Assembly: GCA_047601445.1 (NCBI GenBank)
Contig: JASGJH010000001.1
Location: 3,136,001 to 3,200,000, forward strand
Direction of reading: 5' to 3'
From: Myxococcales bacterium
Lineage (GTDB): Bacteria > Myxococcota_A > Polyangia > Polyangiales > DASUME01
DNA length: 64,000 nucleotides
Positions within the stretch are counted from its first letter, which is position 1, and each line of letters opens with the position of its first letter. The notes under the pieces are model-generated. The model was not told where the DNA came from. It did not search any database and saw nothing but the letters and a program-made list of their open reading frames with translations. This document shows, piece by piece, positions 56,266-64,000 of the stretch. A program made the position numbers and the translations under genes.

Positions 56266-57666
56266 ATGGGGTTCACGCGCAGTACGCGGGCTGGCCTACT
56301 GGTGTTAGTGGCGGTTTTGCTCTCACTGGCAATCCTGCATCGCACGACGGGTCGCGCGGCCGTCGAAGGCTCCGAGTCGGTCTTCGTGGTGCGCGCCGTG
56401 GACGAGCAGGGAGCGCCGCTGGTGGGCCGCTTGCGGCTCGCGCCAGCCGATTGGAGCGAGCGCGTCCGTCTGGGCGCGGTGAGCGACCTGTTGCGAGCGA
56501 TCCCCGAGAGCGGGCTCACCATGCGGGTGCCGGCGGGCCGCTATCGCGCGTTCGTTTCACGCGGGCCCGAGTGGTCGATCGCGCAGACCGAGATCGCACT
56601 AGAACCGAAGGCGCGTCTGGAGCGCCGCGTCCTGCTGACTCACCAGGTGAGCCTAGCGGGCTACCGCGGCGCGGACCTGCACGTCCACACCGAGCGCAGT
56701 ATGGACGCCCACGAGCGCGGTGGGGTCGGCGCGCAGGACCTGGCCGCCGAGGGCGTGACCTTGGCCGCAGTCACGGATCACAACGTGATCGGAGGCCTGG
56801 GACCCGAAATCGACTCGGTGGCAGGCGCCGAGGTCACCACGTGGGCCCCGGAGGTGGGACACTTCAACGCGTTCCCACTACGGAAGCTACCGAGTTACAG
56901 GAACACCACGCCCGAGCGCTTGTTCCGCGAGCTGCGCGAGGACCCACGCGTGTTCGTGCAGATCAATCATCCGCGTCTCGAGGACCATATCTCGTACTTC
57001 GCGCTCGGCGGCTTCGATGGGCGCGGCTTCTCGCAGCCTGGCTTCAGCCTGGCGGCCGACGGCATCGAAGTCTTCAACGGCTATCACATCGGTCAGACCG
57101 ACCAGGTGCGCCGGCTGCTCGGCGAGTATCGACGCTACATCGCTCAGGGAAACCGCCTCACGGCTACCGGCGGGAGCGACAGCCATAGCGCGCGCAAGCA
57201 TCCACCGGGCTATCCGCGCACTTACGTGCGCGCGGAGAGCGGCACCGAGCTCGCCCCGGCCCTCAAACGCGGGGCCGCCTTCGTGAGCAACGGTCCGTTG
57301 GTCTCGATCACCGCGCAGGGCAAGGGCCCCGGCGATACGGTCGATGTCGATGCGCGCGGTCACCTCGAGGTGGAGATCACGGTACTCGCGCCAGACTGGC
57401 TCGAGCTGGAAGAAATCAGCCTGTGGGCCGATGACGAACGCGTGTGGTCGCACGAGCTGCCCAGCATGCGCGCGCGTCGTCACAAGCCGCTGACGTTCCG
57501 CACCACGATCCGCGTCAACGCCAGGCGGGCCCGCAGCTTGTCAGCCGTGGTGGATGGTGGACGCGGGCTCGAGCTCTTGCTCGGGCGCCGCGATGTGGTG
57601 CCCTTCGCCTTCACCAATCCGCTGTATCTGCGCCCCGCGCAGCCGACGCAGCGCGCGAGCCGCTAG
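56266..57666 (+). CDS. PHP-domain (CehA/McbA-like) metallohydrolase
   Basis: Motifs DLHVHT, VTDHN, GAEVT, GHFNAFP, QINHP, IEVFNG, GGSDSH, GYPRTY, SNGP, FTNP. Confidence 0.85.
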   Translation: MGFTRSTRAGLLVLVAVLLSLAILHRTTGRAAVEGSESVFVVRAVDEQGAPLVGRLRLAPADWSERVRLGAVSDLLRAIPESGLTMRVPAGRYRAFVSRGPEWSIAQTEIALEPKARLERRVLLTHQVSLAGYRGADLHVHTERSMDAHERGGVGAQDLAAEGVTLAAVTDHNVIGGLGPEIDSVAGAEVTTWAPEVGHFNAFPLRKLPSYRNTTPERLFRELREDPRVFVQINHPRLEDHISYFALGGFDGRGFSQPGFSLAADGIEVFNGYHIGQTDQVRRLLGEYRRYIAQGNRLTATGGSDSHSARKHPPGYPRTYVRAESGTELAPALKRGAAFVSNGPLVSITAQGKGPGDTVDVDARGHLEVEITVLAPDWLELEEISLWADDERVWSHELPSMRARRHKPLTFRTTIRVNARRARSLSAVVDGGRGLELLLGRRDVVPFAFTNPLYLRPAQPTQRASR

Positions 57667-58848
57667 CTCGGCCGGCTTCACGTGGTCCCACAGCACCACG
57701 ATGGACAGGGTGTAGAAGGCCACCGCCGCGAAGATCAAGCTGGACTCGCCGAGTTCGAAGACGCGGCCGAAGCGCACGAGGCCGGTGGTGAAGGGCGTGC
57801 CGTAGAGCACGAGCAGGTGGGTCACGTAGGCCACCAGAGATTGACGGGACAGGGTGTCGAATAGCCGCGCCGCGCGCGGGAAACCGGCGCGGGCCCGATT
57901 GCACGCGGGATCGAGCGCGATCAGCGCACCGAGCAGCGCCAGCACCAGCAGCGCGCGAAAGCCCACGTACATCGGGTTGGTGTGCCAGAAGTCGTGTTGA
58001 CCATAGAACCCGCGCAGGCGCTCGCCGTGCTCCCAGCTCACGTAGATGCCGTGGGCGCCGGCCAGGCCCAGCGCGAGCGAGCCGAGCGCCGCATGCCAAG
58101 GGGCGCGGCGCGCATAGGGAACGAGGCCCGAACTCAGCACGCCGAGAAAGAAGAACACCGCCCAGGGGAAGAACGGAAACAGGGAGCCCGCCTGACCATC
58201 GACCCACATGCCGAGCGGCGGCAACCAGCGGGTGGAGACTTGGGGCAGCCACACCCACGGAGAACACAGGCCGAGTCCCAGCGTGAACAGCGAGAGCACG
58301 AGCGTGTAAGCGCGGGACGAGCGCAGGCAGCCCCAGGCGAGCTCACACAGCAAGAGACACAGCCCCACCAGCTGCAGCGGTCCCACCGCGAACATGGCGC
58401 GCAGCTGCACGGGGAACTCCGCGAGGCGAAAGAGCGGAACTTGGGGCCATTGCAGGAGGTAGCCGAGCCCGATCAACGTAAGCCCTCGCCGCACGATGCG
58501 AGCATCGACCCGCGCGCCCGGATCGGCCCCACGCCGACGGCTCGACACCATCCCGTAGGCCAGACCACCTCCGACCAGGAACATGGGAGCGGTGAGCCCG
58601 TGCAGCAGGGTGTAGAGCCGAACCCAGCGGCCGGCGAAGGCACTCGGCTTGGCCAACTCGGTGAACGTGTGGCCCTGAATCATCAGGAGCACGGCCAGGC
58701 CCCGGAAGGTGTCGAGAACCGACCAACGAGAGCCTTGGGCTCGGGAGCTTGCGGGCGATACTTCCTGAGACACGCGGCCGGACCTTAGCAACTTTCCTGA
58801 AGCAGCTGGTGGCAGAGGGGTGACGATTGCGAGTGGCGCGGGGACCAC
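57541..58848 (-). CDS. DUF1624 / HGSNAT-like membrane acyltransferase
   Basis: Multi-TM protein with LDTFRGLAVLLMIQGH, APMF, FPFFPW, SLVAYVTH. The true start may be ~58773. Confidence 0.82.
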   Translation of the reverse strand: MVPAPLAIVTPLPPAASGKLLRSGRVSQEVSPASSRAQGSRWSVLDTFRGLAVLLMIQGHTFTELAKPSAFAGRWVRLYTLLHGLTAPMFLVGGGLAYGMVSSRRRGADPGARVDARIVRRGLTLIGLGYLLQWPQVPLFRLAEFPVQLRAMFAVGPLQLVGLCLLLCELAWGCLRSSRAYTLVLSLFTLGLGLCSPWVWLPQVSTRWLPPLGMWVDGQAGSLFPFFPWAVFFFLGVLSSGLVPYARRAPWHAALGSLALGLAGAHGIYVSWEHGERLRGFYGQHDFWHTNPMYVGFRALLVLALLGALIALDPACNRARAGFPRAARLFDTLSRQSLVAYVTHLLVLYGTPFTTGLVRFGRVFELGESSLIFAAVAFYTLSIVVLWDHVKPAELAARALRRLRGAQIQRIGEGEGHHIAAPEQELEPASTIHHG

Positions 58849-58881
58849 CTCGTGCGGGGTCGGTCGCCGAGAAATCGTGAG

Positions 58882-60231
58882 ATGTGGTACGAGAACGCCG
58901 TGACGGGATCGCGGGGAACCGGGAAAAACGCTTCAATCTCGTGGAGTCGGGCTGCCCTGGGCGGGCTGGCCATGCTGACCGCGAGCGCTGCGTCGGTCCG
59001 CGCGGACGACCAAGTCTTGAGCCCTGAGGTGCCCCCCGCGCCATTCTGGCAAGCGGCCAAGAACCCCGATCTGGCGCGCATCGACGCGCTCTTGCGGCAA
59101 GGGCGAGCGCGCCTGCAGCCGGCGCTGGGCTTCGGCCTGCTGTTCGGCGCGGAGGCCTCCATCCACCGTCGCACGGGCGTGGAGAACGCCCTGGCCCGCT
59201 TCGAGCGCGCGCTGAGCATCGATCCCAAGCATCCCGAGGCGCTTTATCTGGCCGGTAAGGCTCTGGCGCTGTGGGAGCGCCGCACACCGCAGGGAAAGAT
59301 CGAGCGTCGAACGCGTGAGGCCATCGAGCGCTTCGAGGAATTGCGAGCTGTGGATCCGCTGTACGAAGCCGAGGACGTGGCCTTCGAGTTGGGCGTGCTG
59401 CTGACGCGTGAGGAGGACTTTCGCGGCGCGGCAGAGGCCTACGAGCGCGCGCTTGCGCTGCGCCTGGGCGCGGGCTCGCCGAGCACCATCCTCTCGAACC
59501 TGGCGGAGGTCTCGATGCAGGCCGAGGACCTCGAGCGGGCGGTGAGCTTGTACGGCCGAGCGGCCCTGGAGGGCAGCCGCGAAGAGCGCGTGCTGGCGCT
59601 GTGGGGCATGGCGGTGGCGCTGGATCGGTTGGGCGAGACGGGCGAATCCCTGGAGCGCGCCAAGCTCGCCATCCGCGACGACCAGCGGCCGATGGCCGCG
59701 CTCAAGCAGGGTCGCGTGTTCTTCGTGCCGGCCTACGAAGCGCACTACTACGACGGCCTGGGTCTGCTCGCGATGGCCGACCTCGAGGCAGGCGAAGGGT
59801 TGTCGCTCGAGCACCTGCTGGCCAACATGCAGCGCGCGCTGTCGCGCCCGGCTGCGGTCAACGTGCTCGTCGGTCTGCGCCAACAGCTGGCGGGACTCGC
59901 CGAGGAAGGGCACGGCGACCTACTGCAGCCGCTGACGCAGCTGGTGGAGCGCAACTTGAGCAAGCTGCCGCGACCGCGACCGGTGTTGCGATCGGAGGAG
60001 AAGCCGCTCGTGCCCGAGCCCGCCGCCAAGGCCGGCTTGCTGTGCGTGCAGTCACTGCGGGCGTTTTTGCGCTACCTCGACGCGAGCTCGAAGCTGCGCG
60101 GAGAACAGGGGCCGTGGGCGCTCGACGCGCGCGCGCACGTAGATCAGTTGCTCGCCTGGTTGAGCGGGGGACTCAAGCCCAGCCAGGCTACGCGTCACGC
60201 CGCTCCGAATCCGCCGCAGGCTCCACGTTGA
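58882..60231 (+). CDS. tetratricopeptide repeat protein, exported
   Basis: Signal-like [16 protein letters not shown] and TPRs ([29 protein letters not shown]). Start uncertain. Confidence 0.72.
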   Translation: MWYENAVTGSRGTGKNASISWSRAALGGLAMLTASAASVRADDQVLSPEVPPAPFWQAAKNPDLARIDALLRQGRARLQPALGFGLLFGAEASIHRRTGVENALARFERALSIDPKHPEALYLAGKALALWERRTPQGKIERRTREAIERFEELRAVDPLYEAEDVAFELGVLLTREEDFRGAAEAYERALALRLGAGSPSTILSNLAEVSMQAEDLERAVSLYGRAALEGSREERVLALWGMAVALDRLGETGESLERAKLAIRDDQRPMAALKQGRVFFVPAYEAHYYDGLGLLAMADLEAGEGLSLEHLLANMQRALSRPAAVNVLVGLRQQLAGLAEEGHGDLLQPLTQLVERNLSKLPRPRPVLRSEEKPLVPEPAAKAGLLCVQSLRAFLRYLDASSKLRGEQGPWALDARAHVDQLLAWLSGGLKPSQATRHAAPNPPQAPR

Positions 60232-62362
60232 CCCGGACATCGTAGAAGAGCGCGCCGGCGCCCATGTCTGCCTCGGCCTGGGACACCAGGCGATTCACAT
60301 TGCGCTTGTCGGGCGAGAACTTGCTCCACCATACGCCCGGGATCACCAGGGTCCCCGGCACCACGTCGAGCGCGATTCGGGCGGGCAACTCGAGCTCACC
60401 GCAGGCGTTGTAGACGCGCACGCGCTGGCCCTCCGAGAGCCCGCGCGGTGCGGCGTCCTGTGGATGCAAGAGCACGTGGGGCTCGCGCTCGCGTTTCTGC
60501 AGCCGCTCCACGTTCACGAAGGTGCTGTTCAGAAAGCCATGGGCCGGCGGCGACAGGCAGAGCAGCGGATAGTGCTCGCTCTCGCTCGGCGTCGCACGCG
60601 CGTGGTTGGGCGGCGTGTAGTCGGGCAGCGGGTCGTAGCCGTCGTCCAACATGCGCTGCGAGTAGAGCTCGCACTTTCCCGACGGCGTCGGAAAGCCACC
60701 CTCGGCGAACGGTGTAGGGCCGATTTCGACGCGCGCGTAGCCGTCGCGCAGCAAGTTGGGCCAGCTGAAATGGACCAGATGAGGGGCCGTTTGATCCGAG
60801 AGCAGCACCTCGATCATGCGCTGATCGTCGTCACCGAAGCAGGCATCCGTGTAGCCCATGGCGCGCGCGAGGCCGCGAAAGATCTCGGAGTTGGGCCTGC
60901 TCTCGCCCACGGGCGCGATGGCCGGGCGATTGAGGGCCATGCGCAGGTGACCGTAGGGACGCACCAGATCCCAGTGCTCGAGCTGAGTGGTGGCGGGCAA
61001 CAGGTAGTCGGCGTAGTCGGCGGTGTCCGTCTGGAAGTGCTCGAGCACCACGCTGAACAAATCCTCGCGCGACAGCCCCTCCACCACCGCGCCCTGGTCG
61101 GGCGCCACCGCGGCGGGGTTCGTGTTGTAGACGATCAGCGCGTGCACGGCGGGACCGGCCTCGCTGGCGGAGGGCACGCGATCGACCGGACGCGGGCGAT
61201 AGTGGGCCAATGCACGCCGCTCCGCAGCGTGGCTCAAGGCGTCGCCCAGGCGATTCATGTTGAAGGTGCGTGGCCGCCGATCACCCAACAAATCAGGCCG
61301 CTGCAATCCCCGCGTGTCGAGCCGATAGTGCCCGCTCGCGCTCAAGAGGATGCCGCCACCGGGGCGCTGCCAGGCGCCGACCAGCGCGGGCAGACAGGCA
61401 ATGTTGCGGACCGCCATGCCGCCGCCGGCGTGCCGTTGCATGCCGTAGTTCACCCGGATGGCAGGGGCGCGCGCGCGCCCGTAGCTACGAGCGAGCTCTA
61501 CGATGATCTCGGCAGGGACTTGCGTGATCTCGGCGGTGCGCTCGGGGGTCCAGCTTTGGACGCGCTCAGCGAGCGCAGAGAAGCCCACGGTGGCCCGCTC
61601 CACGTAGGCGTGGTCGACCAGGTCCTCGCGCACCAGGACGTGCATCATCCCGAGTGCCAGAGCACCGTCGGTGCCCGGCTTGATGCCGACCCAAGTATCG
61701 GCTTGCTTGGCAGTCCGCGTTCGTACCGGGTCGATCACCACCAGGCGCGCGCCGCGCTTGCGCGCCTCTTGCACGAAGGGCCACAGGTGCACGTTGCTGG
61801 TCAGCGTGTTGCTGCCCCAGATCCAGATCAGGTCGCTGTGGACGATGAGCTCCGGGTCCACGCCCATGGCGCGCCCCGTGGTGTAGAGCAGTCCCTCGAA
61901 GCCCGCCTCCGAACAGATGGTACGCGCCAGGAGCGAGGCGCCCATCCGGTGGAAGAAGCGCGCGGCCATGCCCTCGCCCTGGATGTACCCCATGGTGCCT
62001 GCGTAGGAATAGGGCAGCACCGACTCGGCGCCGTGGCAGGCGATGACGTCGTGCAGGCGCGCGGCGATCTCGCGGAAGGCCGTGTCCCAGCTGACGGGCT
62101 CGAACAGCCCTGCCCCCTTGGGCCCGCTGCGACGCATGGGCTGCGTCAAGCGCTGGGGGTGATAGGTGCGATCGAGGTAGCGGTCCACCTTGGTGCAGAG
62201 GACCCCCTGGGTTACGGGATGCTCGGGATCCCCCCAAAGCTCGAGCGCGCGGCCCGTGTTCCGATCGACGGCCACCTGCCACGAGCACGTGTCGGGACAA
62301 TCGTGGGGGCACGCGCCACGCACCAGCTCGACCTCGGGCCCAAAGCGCTCCTTGGCTCGCAT
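60188..62362 (-). CDS. molybdopterin oxidoreductase family protein (DMSO-reductase superfamily, CPHDCPDTC type)
   Basis: Motifs CPHDCPDTC...[44 protein letters not shown]. Confidence 0.92.
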   Translation of the reverse strand: MRAKERFGPEVELVRGACPHDCPDTCSWQVAVDRNTGRALELWGDPEHPVTQGVLCTKVDRYLDRTYHPQRLTQPMRRSGPKGAGLFEPVSWDTAFREIAARLHDVIACHGAESVLPYSYAGTMGYIQGEGMAARFFHRMGASLLARTICSEAGFEGLLYTTGRAMGVDPELIVHSDLIWIWGSNTLTSNVHLWPFVQEARKRGARLVVIDPVRTRTAKQADTWVGIKPGTDGALALGMMHVLVREDLVDHAYVERATVGFSALAERVQSWTPERTAEITQVPAEIIVELARSYGRARAPAIRVNYGMQRHAGGGMAVRNIACLPALVGAWQRPGGGILLSASGHYRLDTRGLQRPDLLGDRRPRTFNMNRLGDALSHAAERRALAHYRPRPVDRVPSASEAGPAVHALIVYNTNPAAVAPDQGAVVEGLSREDLFSVVLEHFQTDTADYADYLLPATTQLEHWDLVRPYGHLRMALNRPAIAPVGESRPNSEIFRGLARAMGYTDACFGDDDQRMIEVLLSDQTAPHLVHFSWPNLLRDGYARVEIGPTPFAEGGFPTPSGKCELYSQRMLDDGYDPLPDYTPPNHARATPSESEHYPLLCLSPPAHGFLNSTFVNVERLQKREREPHVLLHPQDAAPRGLSEGQRVRVYNACGELELPARIALDVVPGTLVIPGVWWSKFSPDKRNVNRLVSQAEADMGAGALFYDVRVNVEPAADSERRDA

Positions 62363-62558
62363 GGCCGGAGCGTACTCGCGGAGTTCCTCGGGGCAATCGC
62401 GCGCACCGGGCGACACCCCTCAACGTGAGCTCCCCCACCCTACTCGGCGCGCGCCCAGGAGCTCGCCTGGCGCCGCGCGAAGATCTCCTAGCGATCTCGG
62501 TCGTGGCATCGATCGGGCATTGGCGAGCGAGCCGACATGCCCCAATAGTGTGAAGCGA

Positions 62559-64000
62559 ATGCACCGTGTGTGGACTCGCTTGCTTGGGCTGTTGTTGTGC
62601 GCGCTCTCGGCCGCGCCGGCGCGGGCGGTCACGCCTGCCCAAAACGAAGCGTTCGTGCGCGTGCAGGGGACCCACTTCGTGCTGGGCGACCAGCCATTCC
62701 GCTTCGTGGGCGCCAACGTTTCGGTGATGCACGGGCCCAACGAACGCAAGAGCTACGAGGCCGTGCTCGACGCCGCCGTCGCCGATGGACTGAGCGTGGT
62801 CCGGCTGTGGGCGCTCGGTGAGATCCAGGCGCCAGGCGAGCCGTACCAGGCGCTGTACGCATTTCGCATCGGCGAGAACGGCTGGCTCGACGCGTCGTTC
62901 GTGCACCTGGACCGTGTGCTGGTGGCGGCGCGCGCGCGCAGGCTGCGGGTCATCGTGGTGCTCGCGAACCGCTGGAAGGACTACGGCGGGATCGCCAGCT
63001 ATCTGCACTGGGCCGGGGAGCAGCTCGCGCGCGACACCCGCAATGAGCCTCTCGGGAGCGCGGTGGCGGCCTTCTACGACTGCGGGCGCTGCCAGACGAT
63101 GTATCGGGAGCACTTGAGTCGGGTGGTGGGCCGCATCAACAGCGTCAGCCAAGTGGCCTATCGTGACGATCCAACGATCTTCGCCTGGGAGCTGATCAAC
63201 GAAGCGTCGGCCACCAGTGCACGCGAGGAAGAGTCCATGCTGCGGTGGGTGCGCCAGAGCGCCCAGTACATCCGCTCCATCGACCCCAACCACCTGATCA
63301 GTGCCGGACACATCGGCTACAAGAACTCGCGCGAGCGCAAGGTTTGGCGCGCAGTGCAGAGCCTACCCGAAGTGGATTTCGCCGACCTGCACGTGTACCC
63401 GCAGAACGACATGCGGGTGGAGAACACGGCCCAACTGACGCGCATGATGGATGACCCCATCGCGTTGGCCGAGCTGGTAGTGAAGAAACCACTGGTGTTC
63501 GGAGAGTTCGGCTTCGAACGCAAGCGCGCCTACGTGGAGCGGGTGCGCTGGACGACGGCCTTTCTGGAGCACGCGCTGAAGCGCGGCGCCGCGGGTGCGC
63601 TGATCTGGCTGTACGAGCCGTCGGACAATCCGCGCCGAACCCACAGCATCACCGTGCACCCTTCCGATCTGGGCTCGCGGCGCGTGCGACGCGTGCTTTC
63701 GACCTATGCCCAGGCGATGGCACGCAAGCCCCAGGCGGGCATTCCCGCGAGCTGGAACCGCACCGCCAACCTGCCGCAATTCGCGCCGCCGGTCAGCGAG
63801 CACAGCACGCGCCGCGCACACCGCTCCTTCGTAGCCGGGGGAGAGGGGCTCAGCCTGGAGATGGACGCCACGCTGTTCGCGCTGATCCACTTCGAGCAAG
63901 CCGGCGTGTACCAGGAGCACTCGCTCGACACGGTGTGGGGGGCCGGCGAAGGGTTCGTCGACTATCGCTTTCTCGCGCCACGCGGCGTGCCGAAAGGCGT
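62559..64000 (+). CDS. glycoside hydrolase family 5 (beta-mannanase-like), exported; runs off the window end
   Basis: Read by hand: MHRVWTRLLGLLLCALSAAPARA...FVRVQGTHFVLGDQPFRFVGAN...LANRWKDYGG...IFAWELINE...HVYP...PLVFGEFG. No stop inside the window, so it is absent from the ORF track. Confidence 0.85.
   Translation, partial: MHRVWTRLLGLLLCALSAAPARAVTPAQNEAFVRVQGTHFVLGDQPFRFVGANVSVMHGPNERKSYEAVLDAAVADGLSVVRLWALGEIQAPGEPYQALYAFRIGENGWLDASFVHLDRVLVAARARRLRVIVVLANRWKDYGGIASYLHWAGEQLARDTRNEPLGSAVAAFYDCGRCQTMYREHLSRVVGRINSVSQVAYRDDPTIFAWELINEASATSAREEESMLRWVRQSAQYIRSIDPNHLISAGHIGYKNSRERKVWRAVQSLPEVDFADLHVYPQNDMRVENTAQLTRMMDDPIALAELVVKKPLVFGEFGFERKRAYVERVRWTTAFLEHALKRGAAGALIWLYEPSDNPRRTHSITVHPSDLGSRRVRRVLSTYAQAMARKPQAGIPASWNRTANLPQFAPPVSEHSTRRAHRSFVAGGEGLSLEMDATLFALIHFEQAGVYQEHSLDTVWGAGEGFVDYRFLAPRGVPKG

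Noticed and set aside
57541..57666. 126-nt convergent 3' overlap (also 44 nt at 60188-60231)
   Set aside because: It involves only non-conserved C-terminal tails, which is common in high-GC genomes.

Overview
A high-GC chromosomal window whose gene content points to a myxobacterium: several Hanks-type Ser/Thr kinases, a MYXO-CTERM-like tail, an AgmX/TonB-C-like domain and zinc-ribbon/TPR proteins. About 45 real genes can be supported; most other ORFs in the track are antisense or off-frame shadows. Left to right: (1) a purine-catabolism cluster (xdhABC, FAD-dependent urate hydroxylase, allB, alc, uraD, uraH) ending in an uncharacterised CitE/malate-synthase-fold gene; (2) a four-gene cassette of acetyltransferase, AMP-ligase, PLP decarboxylase and carrier protein; (3) an amino-acid dehydrogenase, a PilZ protein, a histidine kinase and uvrC; (4) a putative envelope-signalling trio (outer-membrane protein, FecR-domain protein, kinase with TonB-C-like domain) facing an atypical NtrC-family regulator; (5) ygfA and zapA, where the usual 6S RNA slot holds a tandem array of 24-nt hairpins; (6) a giant zinc-ribbon/TM/TPR gene, PNP, kinases, a protease, TatD and an RGG/GGFEKK-repeat protein; (7) rplU-rpmA, cN-II nucleotidase, CotH kinase and an alternative sigma-70 factor behind a sigma-54-like promoter; (8) pterin dehydratase next to an EpmC-like/YkgJ fusion, envelope genes, a molybdopterin oxidoreductase and a truncated GH5. 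Four +1 frameshifts all fall at or next to GATC, which suggests methylation-linked sequencing errors. I found no rRNA, tRNA, CRISPR array or mobile element. All family calls come from motif recognition by eye, not database searches.
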